Positions 27,697-41,113 of a stretch of DNA of 64,000 bases are shown here, in pieces. Every line of letters begins with the position of its first letter. Within the stretch, counting starts at the first letter, position 1. The translations under genes were made by a program, and so were the position numbers. The notes beneath the pieces were generated by a model, which had not been told where the DNA came from, did no database searches, and saw nothing but the letters and a program-made list of their open reading frames with translations. The stretch is from Octopus vulgaris (lineage: Eukaryota). Location of the stretch: contig OX597829.1 of the NCBI GenBank assembly GCA_951406725.2, positions 4,774,001 through 4,838,000 on the forward strand, written 5' to 3'.

Positions 27697-28600
27697 AGAA
27701 AGAAAGAGTTAACAAAGCCAAGGCTGTGAGAAGTGTTCAGGATATTTAAAACGAAATAGTCTTGCTACTGTTTCTGGGATATTATGGATATTCCTTCGTC
27801 AGAGACGGCGTGACAAGGTTAAATAAAGGAAATATTTGAGTTCGAATTATTATGGAAAAGGATGATACAGCGAATATAGCAAGAAATAAGAGAATGAAAG
27901 TAGAAATAAGGTATATAAAGAAATTGTAGTTGAAGTTCCATTATTCGAGGAAAATGGTGTATAGAAGTGTAAAAAACTTTCCTGTACACGGAATGTAAGA
28001 TCCAATGGCAGTTCATGTTTAGTCATTTCAAAGTATGGAGCTGTGGAATCAGTGTTGCTCGTGCGAAGGGGTTTTGTGGTGTTAATGAGTATTTGAGAAT
28101 GTTTTGGCAGTATTTGTGGATAGATGGGAAAGGAGAGATGTTTATGATTAGAAAGAAATGGGTCAAATTTAAAACAAGAAGGGAAAATGAGAGGAAGACA
28201 GAGAGGAAAAAGAAGAAAGGGAGAGAGAAAAACAAAGCGTGAAAAAACTGAAGAAATCGTGTAAGAAGTAAGAAAAGAAGTGTTAGTTGGTGGTCAAAAT
28301 AATGTGATGGGAAGATGGGAGAGGAGTGGGGGAGGGAGAGATAGGAAGAGATGAGAAGGTAAGGAGTAAAAGAATATGAGTAGGGGTTATAATACGACAG
28401 AGCTGCATAAAGGCATGGGTAGAGATAAAGTATAGGTAGTACTAGCTGTAATTATGGAGAATGGAGGGTGTAGCATGGGCCAGTATTGTTAGCTGTTTTA
28501 GGATACTGAAGTGAAGTAGTAGTTTTGCTAGTAAAATTGTAAGGAAGAATACAAGGATGTCAAATTACTATAAATAGAAGTGTGTGATAGGTTAGTGATT
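27690..28600 (-). mobile_element. PLE 3' region with degenerate hammerhead (27759-27806)
   Basis: Same family as 17625-18292; GUCU-CUGACGA-..-GAAA-CAGUAG-CA-AGAC; decayed endonuclease C-terminus near 27960-28150. Confidence 0.55.
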
Positions 28601-29199
28601 GGTAGGAATCAGAGAGGAGGAGAGAAGGTATAATAACATACGTACGTATGCACTCATACACATATATATGCGCGTATGTATACATACATATAGACTCACA
28701 CATATATAATGACATATACATACACCTGCTCGCTTAGCCAGCGGGGTGGCGTCATTTGAAGGCTAAAACAATGCGAAGCGCATTGTGACCAGCGATGTAT
28801 AACAACATCTGATTGCCTGGTCAGTCACGGTGATCACGATGACATACGCCTATACATATACATACATATATATACATGCACAAGCACCTCCACAAACATG
28901 TACATATGTATACATATATGTATACATATATACACATATACACACACATTCATATATATTTGTATATATATATATGCACGCACATATACATACACACACA
29001 TGCACACACACACACATATACACCTTGCTAGAACCCCGAAAGAACTCGCATTAAGACAACCTAGAACCTGCACACACACATATAACGCTATGTCCAAACT
29101 AAAACAGCTAACAATACGGGCCCTTGCTACACCCTCCATTCTCCATAATTACCGCTAGTGTTACCACTAATCCCCCCCCCAAAAAAAGTGGTGGATGCT

Positions 29200-29360
29200 C
29201 TATTCTATGTTATACACTCCACTTCTCACTAAGCATATGAACTTAGCTAAATCCTTCTTTAATATACTGGAGTCCAACTTTCCTCATCAACATAAATATT
29301 ACTCTATACTTAATAGATCCGCCCCGAAGGTATCCTATTCCACCACACCCAACATTGTGT
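29200..29360 (+). pseudogene. PLE ORF linker fragment
   Basis: 'LAKSFFNILESNFPHQHKYYSILNRSAPKVSYSTTPNI' matches the PLE F..L...FP..H..IFNR..KVSYS..PN motif. Confidence 0.65.
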
Positions 29361-30342
29361 CTCCAGTCTGCAGGTTCGGACCGCAGTGTTATTTCTCTTT
29401 GAAAATCAGGACACTGGTAGGTGAGAAACGACAAGAAAAAATGACAAGAAGGACGATGCAAAAAATGGAATGAGAAGACAAAGGGTGAATAAAAACATAA
29501 AAAAAGAAAAAGAAATGAAAGAAAATACAGAAAATTGACCGTAGAAACCATAATTAATCTAGCTGGTATAGACTAATTAAACGGTGAGGAGATCAAGGGT
29601 CTACGAAACAGCTGATCAATCTGGAGAGAGCATTGTCCTTCATGTGCTTGAATTTGCTGGAAATTTTGGTAGCGTGCTAGAATACTCGGATTCTAAAATG
29701 ACTGTGCGGTCTTTCAGCAACGCATAAGTTGCATCGCTTTGATCCATTTACATATGCCACAGATTTCTCCACGACTACCCAGTTGATTGTACGTGTTGGC
29801 GGCTGGTCTTTGGACTTACATCAATCTTCTGCACTGTATTCTTAGCTTCTGTATTCTCTACAACTAATAAATGGACTTTACTTCCTTACCTTATTTATAT
29901 TGCAATTTAATATACAATCTCTATTTAATTTATTCATTCATTACTCTAATTAATTCACCTACTCTATCCTACCTACAACCAGCCTGCAAACCCCTCGCCC
30001 AAACACATATAAAATATAAATCATAAAAAGTATAATCCAGTCTGCTGTGATGGATCTTCAAACAAACATACAAAATATCTAAGGGTATATTTTCCCTCTC
30101 AAGGGATTATGCTCAGGAATATTCAATTAATTTCACAATGTATAATTGAAACAGCTGTAAGGGATAATGATCGATTTGTTGCTGATAATAAACTCTTATC
30201 AACTTCACAATCTCCATTTTCTTATTCTGCCTTTAAATGCAGTTTATATATACACCGATTAAGGAAATCAATTCCCCCCAAATATTAGGTATTGAAGCAG
30301 TATTTCCTTGGCTGACACCACCCCCTCATGAGGCTGTATATA

Positions 30343-31735
30343 CTAGCAAATCTACCCATCTAAGGTGGGTAATGAACGGAGGGTGAAAAATAATAACAAC
30401 TTTAAGTATTAATGTATTTATGCTGAAAAATGGCTGGTTTTGATTATACTTACGTACAGCTTTACATAGAAACATGTTCATGATATTCTTACGTTTACAA
30501 AACTTCTTTGCAAACGTTGTGTACACTCTTTACTCTATTACTCTTTTACTTGTTTCAGTCATTTGACTGAGGCCATGCTGGAGCACCGCCTTTAGTCGAA
30601 CAAATCGACCCCGGGACTTATTCTTTTGTAAGCCCAGTACTTATTCTATCGGTCTCTTTTGCCGAACCGCTAAGTGACGGTGACGTAAACACACCAGCAT
30701 CGGTTGTCAAGCGATGTTGGGTGGACAAACACATACACACAAAAAGCATACACATACATACATATACATATATACGACGGGCTTCTTTCAGTTTCCGTCT
30801 ACCAAATCCACTCACAAGGCTTTGGTCGGCCCGAGGCTATAGTAGAAGACACTTGCCCAAGGTGCCACGCAGTGGGACTGAACCCGGAACTATGTGGTTG
30901 ATAAGCAAGCTACTTACCACGCAGCCACTCCTACGCCTATGATCAACATTAATTTTCAAATTAGCTGAGTCCGTTGCTCTGCTCATAACGACATACAACT
31001 GGCGGTGTGTAAACATCGGAGTGGACAGAAACACACCAACATGATCGAAAGTCTGGCCCTGAGACTTGTTAGCCGTGAATGAGAAGGCTAGTTTAATGGG
31101 AAACTGCCTGCGTCGTAATTGGAAGAGAAACTGATTGTCGGAGGGTACCAATGGTATCCGAGGTATGAATAGGTGCTTACCACTGTGAGGGCCAATCACT
31201 ATCACTGCCTCAATGACGTGAGAATTGAGTTGCGTGACGGTGTAACTTGTTCCGTTGCAACGTTCATTGGCAGGGTCAAAATTTCGTGGGTGCATTATAG
31301 AACGGTACTTTTTCAGTGAGAACCTATGCACAGGTAGTCGCGATGGATTCAAGTTGTGAAGGAAATCCTGTGGATATGGGTGATAATTTCCATCGACTAT
31401 AGTGTCCGAACTTAAATATTGTCAACTTTCTCCTGGGAAGTTGTTGATCATATGGTCATTAACACTATTGACCACTTCATTGGTAGAAGCTATAACAGCT
31501 CGTGAAGATAACCACGATGAGTCCTTGTACTGTTCAGTTCAAGCCTCAAAAACGGAATGTGCATATTCCAGAAATGGATGACGTTTCCAGTACCAATCCA
31601 GCCGAATTTGAATGGAGTTTGTCGATCTGATGTCGCTTAGATGGGTCGCGAAAGTTGCATCGGGAGAATTTCTTACTCTCATATTGAGACTTAGGTTCAA
31701 TTGCGATGCAAACTGACATCGTTGCTCAGGAATCG
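30343..31735 (-). mobile_element. Helitron 3' portion (PIF1-like helicase + terminal hairpin/CTAG), interrupted by a SINE
   Basis: 'RNFDP..CNGT..FIPRIPL..RRQFPIKLAFSFTANKSQGQT..QLYVVMSR' and upstream 'LSLNMR'; TACCCA/TGGGTA hairpin (30353-30371) followed by CTAG-T at 30343-30346. Confidence 0.85.
30525..30939 (-). mobile_element. tRNA-derived SINE, abundant family, full length
   Basis: Highly similar to 52148-52621, 53618-54097, 60030-60440 and 61282-61683; internal microsatellite; (AAAAGAGT)-like tail. Confidence 0.9.
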
Positions 31736-31977
31736 CGTTGATAGGGTTACAGACACACACACACTGTCTTTCTCTGTCTCTCTTTGTGTGTGTCTTTGTT
31801 TGCCTCTGTCTCTCATTCTGTGTCTGTCTCTATTTCTTATTTATTTATTTATTTTGACCTGGGTGCTGTACCAAATTGACATCGTTGAAGAGTGTGTTGA
31901 TGGGGGTCAAAAGAAACACACGCACACAGTATTTCTCTCTCTTTCTCTCTGTTTGTATTTTTCTCTCTCTCTCTTTC

Positions 31978-32014
<37 letters not shown>

Positions 32015-32426
32015 GTTTCGCATACCCTATCAATGTGTTGATGGGGTAAAAGAAAACGCACGCACACACATGCACACACGTATACACACACACACACAGT
32101 GTATCTTTCTGTTTCTGTGTGTCTGTGTTTTTCTCTGTCTCCATCTTTCTCTCTCTGTCTGTGTCTCTCTGTCTGTGTTTTTCTCTGTCTGTGTCTCTCT
32201 GTCTGTGTCTCTCTTACACTTTGTGTGTCGCACACCCCATCAACACCAAAAACCGCCGAAGAGATAATAATGAAAGAAGAACTGAAAGAAGAACTGTTTG
32301 AACTTTTATAAATGCCATTTTGGTTTTTGCTTCTATTTTGTGACTGTGGCCGATGTCGATGGCGGTTAAAAAGAACGCAAAGACAGACATACACACAGTC
32401 TCTGTCTTTGTCTCTCTTTCTCCAGT

Positions 32427-32489
<63 letters not shown>

Positions 32490-33084
32490 TTGTCACTCTT
32501 TCTCCAGTTGGTGTCTGTCTCTGTCACACACTTCCTGTGTCGCACACCCCATCAACACACTTCCTGTCAAGACACATTTCGAGTGGATGCTATTGGGAGA
32601 ACACCGTTGCGAGTGGAGATCTGACCAGATCTTTGCAAATATTGCTACGTAATCTGAGCTGCAAAGGGTCAAGACTAATAAACAATACTCACCACCAAAC
32701 AGTATAAAAGCTCCCAAGGGAAAAACAATTATAAGGGACTAGTTTTCTATTTTTGCATTCAGCCTCAGACTGAGAGATGTTTTTTGACCTGAAGGGAAGA
32801 TTTGTCTTCCCACTTCAACCAGGAATGCAAAAACACCATGTAAAGAAATCGAAATATCAGGACTTAGTCGAGGAGGCCCTTCTCAGAGGATGACAGGAGG
32901 CCGCATTTCCCAATGAATCGGCTGCCACAACTTTCCAGCTATGTCAGTGCACTATACTCAGTTCTGTGTTTTTCACTTTTCCCATAAATAAATTTCTTTA
33001 TCTTTCCTTTGTGTACTTTTTCAATACACACACACATCTTCGCCACATACACATTAATACATACGTGCTTACAAACGTACATAC

Positions 33085-33183
<99 letters not shown>

Positions 33184-33327
33184 TGTGTGTGTGAGTGTGT
33201 GTGTGTGTGTGTATACATATATCTACATATAATACATACATAAAATCATACACACAATATATGTATGTATGCTTTTATATACATACATTTACACATACAT
33301 ACATACATACATACATACATACATACA

Positions 33328-33361
<34 letters not shown>

Positions 33362-34101
33362 CATATGTGTGTGTGTGTGTGTGTGGTTGGATGTGAGTGC
33401 GCATAAGTTAGAATATCAAACGTTTAACAAAGGTAGATATTAAGAGAGTCATCGTTCCAGATAAAGGATGTGGGTTTATGAGAAAATTGTGAAATAAAAA
33501 TATTTGTCTGTATTTAATGTTGTTGTTTGTGGTGGTATTAGAAGTGATAGAAGAAATAATGGCACTGGAGATGATGGGGTGTAGAGGCAATGACGTCGAT
33601 AATGGTGGTGGGGGATACTGGTGTATATTCGTAAAGATGTATATTTGGTATTGAATACATACGTGATAGTTACTTTCTTACTGGTCGTACGCGTATGATA
33701 TTTTGTGTATACAGACCGTGTACAGACGGTATTTTGTACACGCATGAATGCGAATCCATGCTAGTTAGCACTTCTATGACATTTTATACTTATTAAGGTT
33801 TGTATGTACATAAATGTGGGCTCTGAGCCGTTACAATTATTAGTGCTTTGCTGTGACGTAAGAAATTAATTCAGGAGAAAGACAGAATCCTAGAATAATA
33901 ACAAAGTATTATAATAGACGATAGATGTTAGTTTGTTTCGGTTTTTATGCCTAAAAGTTTCGTCAGACGATTTGCCAGATAGATATTTAGCTTAGACTGT
34001 TAGTTTGAGAGGCATACGCATGTACATATGTAGAATGAAAAATCAATGGCATTAGCTTGTGTACGGTGGATTTTAACTCGCCAGGATGTGACTCATGAAC
34101 T

Positions 34102-34144
<43 letters not shown>

Positions 34145-34792
34145 AGAGACGCAATTGCCCAGTGGTTAGGGCAGCGGACTCGTGTGTGCTGGTACATCTG
34201 TAGGTGGCTGCACGTATAATACGTAACTTAGAAGCAGCGCTACGCATGTGCCAGCACACACGAGATTGAGACATGAGAAAAGCAGCATAATATGATGAAA
34301 TTACACTCGACTGTTGTTGACTTAGGTTTAATCTTGAGTCGCATCTTTTTAGTCAGTCCGACATATATTTTATTCGTCCCAATTTCAGTCGTTATTTATA
34401 ACTACCATTAATCTGGTCTACTTACACATGTGCCAGCGTTGGGAGACTTGAATGAGGTTTAGCCGTGTTTATGACCGGGTTCACAAGTTCAATCTCACCT
34501 CCAGGTGTTGTCCTTATTGAAGTACCAGAGTCCTGACGGTATCGCCCACCGAGTGATTGGATCATGCAAGCCATCCATCACGATAAGGAAAGAGCAGAAC
34601 GAGACTATGTTCCTATCACAAAGGCCACGTACACACACACACACACACACCCTCCCCAAACACATACCCTCCCCCCCACACACCTACCCCCATCACACAC
34701 CTAACCCCAACACACACTTATGAGGTTCGGTCTACTGTACAATACATTGGGCAAGTGCCTTTGCTATAAGCTCGATTTAATTTTCCATCACT

Positions 34793-34837
<45 letters not shown>

Positions 34838-35168
34838 CGTGAGTAACTAAACTCTTTCGTCACTTTGAAGGTTCAGCAAGACACATCTATAAATAGGAAT
34901 TAGCCTTCGGGCACTTATGTGTAGACTTCTAATAGCATTTCCTTGCCTGTGCCCCGTTATGGCTGTTTCTTTTGTTTCTGAACTCACGAAGAAAAGTGTA
35001 TGATGGTGGTGGTGTTGGTATCTTGGTGGAGTGAATAACATGAATGATGGATGTTATTATACTGGGCTTGTTTTGTACTGTGTTAGCCCTACTCATCCTT
35101 AACACTTGTATTTGTCTCGTTCAACAAGTGTCACGGACACCGTCATTTCAGGATGAAGGATTTGTATA

Positions 35169-35577
35169 AAGTTACTTTCTCTTAGATGGGCAACAACTAT
35201 AATATAGACAATGGGCTATATATAGACAATTACCTGTTGTAATTTAGTCATCCATAGTCATACCTGTTGTAATTTAGTATATCCGAAATATGACATTTCG
35301 TAACAATATTCCTTCTTCGGATATTCTTAGATGGAGTCGCTACTATAATCTGTTTTATTATTTTGAAAGAAAGGAAGAACAACTTTCAGACAGCCCAAAG
35401 GGTCCAGCGTGACGAGGCCTTTCAGCTCTATTTTTGCCCATCTAAGAGAAAGTAACCGATTATAGCAGCGACTCCATCTAAGAATATCTGAAGAAGGAAT
35501 ATTATTCCGAAATATCATATCAGACTATGGATGACTAAATTACAACAGGTATATAGTCCATTGTCTGTATTGTAGTG
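35169..35577. mobile_element. Inverted PLE-type ends with hammerheads
   Basis: 35196-35350 is inverted at 35459-35577, and 35169-35193 is inverted at 35434-35457. Confidence 0.65.
35484..35520 (+). ncRNA. Minimal type I hammerhead ribozyme with canonical core
   Basis: AUAU-CUGAAGA-A-GGAAU-auu-AUUCC-GAAA-UA-UC-AUAU; predicted cleavage after C35516; degenerate inverted copy at ~35288-35324. Confidence 0.7.
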
Positions 35578-35650
35578 CATTGTTGTACCATTCAAAACTT
35601 TTTACTCTTTACAAACAATACACAGTGCTTCAAGCAAACTACAATACTCT

Positions 35651-35699
<49 letters not shown>

Positions 35700-36052
35700 A
35701 TTAGAGATAAAACCACTATTAGGCAAATCAAACAGTGAAAAACATAAGCCAATACATGAAATTAATTTTAAAATATAAAAGTTAAAAATTAAAACATTAT
35801 TTAAATAATTTAAACTTATAAATTTTAAATATATATATACAAATATATATACATATATATGTATGTATATTTTTATATTTATATATTATTTTATTTATTA
35901 ATGAAACAATCATTTCACGTTGCTCCAGTCCACTCAGCTGATAAAAATGAGTAACTCTGCGATGGATTGGCGCCCCGTTCAGCTGGGGGACACATACGCC
36001 ATTGAAACCGGGAAACCGGGCTCATGAGCCTGGCTAGGCTTTAAAAGGGCTC

Positions 36053-36091
<39 letters not shown>

Positions 36092-36183
36092 CTAGACCAA
36101 TATGAAAAATAAATTTCAGATAACTAACAGAATATATGTATGTATGCATGTATGTATGTATGTATGTATGTATGTATGTATGT

Positions 36184-36736
36184 TTATGTCGGGTCACTTT
36201 CGAGTGCTACTGGTAACATGTAACCCAGTACAACCTGTTGCATGGTCGGGTCGTCGGCGACTAAACCAGCAACCCACCAAGCTTGCTTGGTGAGGAGGGT
36301 GTTTATTGGACACCCTGCGGGATAAAAAACAAAACCCGTCAAAGGGCGGAGGAACTCTTGAGAGTCAACGGCCATCCAATAGATGTCTTAAGGCTGTATC
36401 ATGCGCGGGGACATAGAAATAATCGGACTGAATACCCGATCGCGCGGTTAAACCATTGGGAGTGAAGGACTCCTAGCCTTTGTTAGGGCATCCTTCTAGG
36501 AGAAGGTAACTCAGGAAACTGGGATAACTCCGACATAAAACCTGCGGCTCAGTGGTTACCGATGATGTTGACTTGTTCTTCTTTTCAGATTATGGCTGCT
36601 GTTGCTTAGTGAGTGGGATTGACTCAGTGCACAGCCTTTCCTCACTTTAAAAAAATCTTGCACAGGTATTACAGGAAAACAACATTGATTAAGCTTCGTG
36701 CAATGGCCATACTTGATAACGAGGAGGCAGCCACCA
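36184..36736 (+). mobile_element. Non-autonomous bipartite RTE derivative (RTE 5' end + RTE 3' tail)
   Basis: First ~135 nt align with the RTE 5' end (50330-50470, -); last ~45 nt align with the RTE 3' end (46612-46650, -); flanked by (TATG)n. Confidence 0.7.
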
Positions 36737-36831
36737 TGTATGTATGTATGTATGTATGTATGTATGTATGTATGTATGTATGTATGTATGTATGTATGTA
36801 TATGTGTATGTTTGTGTATATGCGTGCATAA

Positions 36832-36879
<48 letters not shown>

Positions 36880-37338
36880 ACGCACACGTGAATTTGGGCC
36901 AAACTTTGACATTTCCGATATCATTGTACTTGAAGTCAGTCTCCCAGCTTTTACAACATTCTAATGGCGGAAATCAGTTTAAACTTTTAACATTTGAGGT
37001 AAAAAATATTCTTTAATTTCATATCATTAATTATATATATAATTAATTTGGTCCAATGGCTTTCTCTTGTCCAAGTGAGTTTTTAAAAATAAGATAATTC
37101 AAATGGTTAAAACAATAACAATTAAATGAATTAATTAAATTAAGAATTGAGATGAGGGTCATCAGAGTGGAATGTAACACTACACTTTGTTCTTTAGCCG
37201 TGTTTATTTCAGACATAACTCCTCAAGTGTGACACCATGCTTCTGTGTGTATGAAGATTTAAAGTATAAATTTATTCTATTACTATTCTCTCATTTCATA
37301 CTTGTGTGTATATGTGCGTGTATGTTATATATGTATGT

Positions 37339-37396
<58 letters not shown>

Positions 37397-37398
<2 letters not shown>

Positions 37399-40300
37399 AA
37401 AAAAAGTCATGGTAGAAAATGCTAAAATAATTTTATAAAGTACATTTCAGTACCGGTTTTTCAACTGTAAGTATGGAAAACAATTAAATTTTGGAAAAAT
37501 TAAAAGAAAAGTGTTTTAAAAGAATATTTGCATAGTGTTCAAATATAAGTGGCATTTTCCTTGTTTCTACCTGTTTCTCTCTTTCTTGTTTACTCTTGTG
37601 GGTTCGAGGTCATTGTGAATTCTTGGGAGAGAAAAGAAGACGAAGAAGGAGGAGGGGGGAAGAGGAGGAGGAGGAGGGGGAAAAGAATGCGGGAGTGCCA
37701 TGATAGTAGTAGGATCTTAAATGGTCAAATGCCCTAAAAGTGACTAGTTGTGGATGGTAGTAGTGATTGAATTCTTGAGACATCTCTTTTGAATGATTGT
37801 TTATAATATTTGCGTAGGTGTTATTCTAAACAGCAATAGTGGTAAAGTAAGGAAGGAGGTGGCAGAAAGGAAGAAGACGGAGAAGAAGAAGGAGAAAGAG
37901 AAGGGAGAATGAGAAGGGAATGCAGCTGGTATGATAGCTTGTATGACATGGTAGGATGTTAAATGGTCAAGTGACTTAAAAGTGGCTTGTTATGGATTAT
38001 AGCAGTTATTGGGACTGTTTTAAAATGAATTCTTGGGAATCTCTTAAGTGCATCATTTTTAATATTTGCGTGTGTATTTGTGTTATTCGAAGGCCGAGGT
38101 GGATATGTCGTTTGTTGTAGATGCATTCAAAAGGGTATGTATTTTGTAATAAAGAAAGTCACTTTACTAATTCGTTGGCTACAGGTTGTATCGTCCCTGG
38201 ATTGGTAGAGGGGAAAAATTCTGAAGCTTGGATTTTTGTCGATGTGTTGACTGAATGCTATTTTTCTGTTTTGGGAAATTTTGATCTGGGATCAGTGCAG
38301 AGACATACTTTGACGTAGATTGTTTTTGTTTGGTCTATATATTGCTCTTGACACCCAGAGTAGGTTAGTGCGTATATCAGGTTCTCTGAAGCATATGTGA
38401 AGCTGCTTTTCACTGTGAAACGTTGTCCCTGTTTGAAGGAGAACTCTGATCCCCCAATTAAATTGATGCATATCCCACAGTTGGGTCTTGCGCATTCTTT
38501 TACTGGCGGCTTCTGTGTTGTTGTTGAGTATATTCGGGCTTGTGTTAGAAGACTTTTCATAGATTTGGATTGTCTCTTGCTTTTTATGATGGTGTGTGTT
38601 TGGAGGGTTGAGTTCATTCTGTGGTCCTTTTTGAGGCATCATTTTTAAGAAGGTTGTGTGTGGAGATGTACGGTAGGGCTTTTGGTTGTAAATCCTTCTT
38701 TAATTTGGGATGTCTGAGTTCCTGGATGTTGAGTTGGAAGCATATGTCTATTAGTGAAGGTGGGTAGTTCCTGGTTATGAGTGTATCGTTTTCTTCATGT
38801 AGTCGTGTGTCTCTGGTGTTTGCATTAGAAACTATAGTACATATCATTTTTGCTAGGTTGAAGTGGATATTCAGTCTGGCATGAGTTGAACGGTAGATAT
38901 TGCTTGGAGTCCGTGGGCTTATAGCATATATCTGTTTCTATTACGTTATTAGATTTCTTTATGAGGATGTCGATGAAGGGAAGTTGTTGATGGCTATATT
39001 CCATCGTGAATTGGATGTTTACGTCAAGTCCATTTAAAAGTGCTTGGACTTCTTTAAGTCTCTCTATACTTTCATGCCAAAGAATGAAACAGTCATCCAG
39101 GTATCTCTTCCAGTTATTTTATATGTAGAGGGAGAAGGGCTGCCGTATTGTTCTAGAACCTTACGATAAGGACTAATTTCTAGATATACCATGACTAGGT
39201 TAGCAAAGGACGGGGCCATTCTCATACACAACGCAGTCCCCGATTTTTGTCGATAGAAGTTGTCTTTGAAGACGGAGTAGTTATTCTCCAAGATGAATTT
39301 TAGCCCTTCTATCACGAATTCTTTTTTGATGCGCTGTAGGAGTTCGTTGGCGTAATTCTCCTGCCAGAATTGAATTGCCTCTATTCCTAGGTTGCGGGGG
39401 ATATTGGAATAGAGGTTGACTACATCGAAGGATACTAGTAGGGTGTTTTTGTTTATTGTTTCATGAAGGTGATTGAGCATATCCAGGTCGTCCCTTATAT
39501 AGCTTTTGACATGCTCGTGGAATGGTTTTAAGAGGGTATCTAAAAAGTTACTGAGATGGTGGGTTTCGCAGGCGGGACCTGCTATTGTAGGTCTCAATTT
39601 GAGGTCATTAGGAGTAGGGATTTTGATTATTATGCCTGTGGTTATCTTGTATGCGTTACTTATTTTCTCACTTTTGTGTATCTTAGGAGTACCGTAGAAT
39701 TGGCTGGTTTTACTTGTGAAATTGGTCATATAGTCATATTCTTTGTCGGTGAGCCCTTCTTTGTATAGGTTTAACATGGATTTTAGGTCTCTCATTATTT
39801 TCCGCTGACTGTAGTGTTGGGCCTTTTCATAATATGTTGTGTCTTCTGATATGGATAGTACTAGAGTTACATAGAATACCGTGTCCATTAAGACAACTGC
39901 ACTGCCTTTATCAGCCTCTTTGATTGTTATTGTTTTATCACCTTTTCATTTGTTCAGCTCAGCCCATTCTTTTTTGCTGAAGTTTGGTTTGTGTTTTTGT
40001 TTGTGCATATGTTGATATGGGTAATTCGAGATGTGTTTACAGAAATAATCAAGTGTTTTGTTCTTACATTTTGAGGGGGTTTAGTTACTTCTATTTCGGA
40101 CCAACGATTCGTCCTCGTTGTATTTGTCAGCGAGTCGTAATTTTCTACAGAATTCCGCGATGTCTTCTTTCATTTCATTGTAGTTGGGGCGTTGTGGGGT
40201 GGGTGTAAACTTGAGCCCCTTGGTGAGTATATTGATTTGGTTTGCTGTTAGTTCTTTGTGAGTTAGATTGATAATTTTTATCACTTTTGGTCCCTCCTGC

Positions 40301-40608
40301 TTGTTTGGTGCTATCTTGTGTCTCTGTGTTTGCGTATTGGGTCTAAAAAAAATGATTGCGGTGGTTGGGACGATAGCTATTATGTAGTTGTTCCTTGTTG
40401 TTGTGTGGTGTCCTGTGGTGATTTATAGTGGGGGTTCTTGGAACAGTATCGAAAAGTGTGTCTCAATATCCTACGTTCAGATGTGGTGTTTTAGGGGGCC
40501 GTCGTTGGTAATTATTGCGTGTGGTGCGAGTTTCTTGTGCATGGTTGTTTAGTAGATTGTTGGAACGAAAATTTCGTTGGTAACTCCTTATGGGGAGAGG
40601 AGGTTGCA
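37397..40608 (-). mobile_element. Near full-length decayed Penelope-like retroelement
   Basis: N-terminal 'ILTKGLKFTPTP', 'KEADKGSAV', RT 'FYGTPKIHK..LRPTIAGP..LVSFDVVNLYSNIP..FYRQKSGTA', then a Cys motif and GIY-YIG 'ENLIYALT..QYIDQT'; several frameshifts. Confidence 0.92.
39064..39888 (-). pseudogene. PLE reverse transcriptase, largest open segment
   Basis: 274-aa ORF with PLE RT motifs; frameshift just before RYLDD (~39095). Confidence 0.9.
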
Positions 40609-40617
40609 ATGTATATA

Positions 40618-40677
<60 letters not shown>

Positions 40678-41113
40678 AGTGAGTACATATATATATATAT
40701 ATATACATATATACATATATATATTATGTAGGTAAGTAGGGTAAAATCCCAGGTGTTTCCGTTTGAAGTACACTTGCATATTCCATTATTTTAATGCAGT
40801 TGCTCTCGTTGTTGTATCAATGTATTATTTAATTCTTTGTCTGAAAAATTTCTTCTAAGAATTTCCTTATAGGACTCTTTAACGTGTAATATTCAGAAAT
40901 TCCTTTTAAAAAATGTAACATGTGTAATGGCGAATAAATATCAAATACCCATAAATTTTGCAACTTGCTGTTTTGTTAGAAATATATGTGACTGTGTACA
41001 CACACACACATACACACGTATATATATAGGTATATATAATATATATATATAATTAAGTAAGAAAATGGAGAGATTAAATGGACATGAGTTAATTTATTAA
41101 CATTTTTGATAAT

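Noticed and set aside
32700-32745. Possible second Helitron end (..gggaCTAGt)
   Set aside because: No convincing subterminal hairpin.
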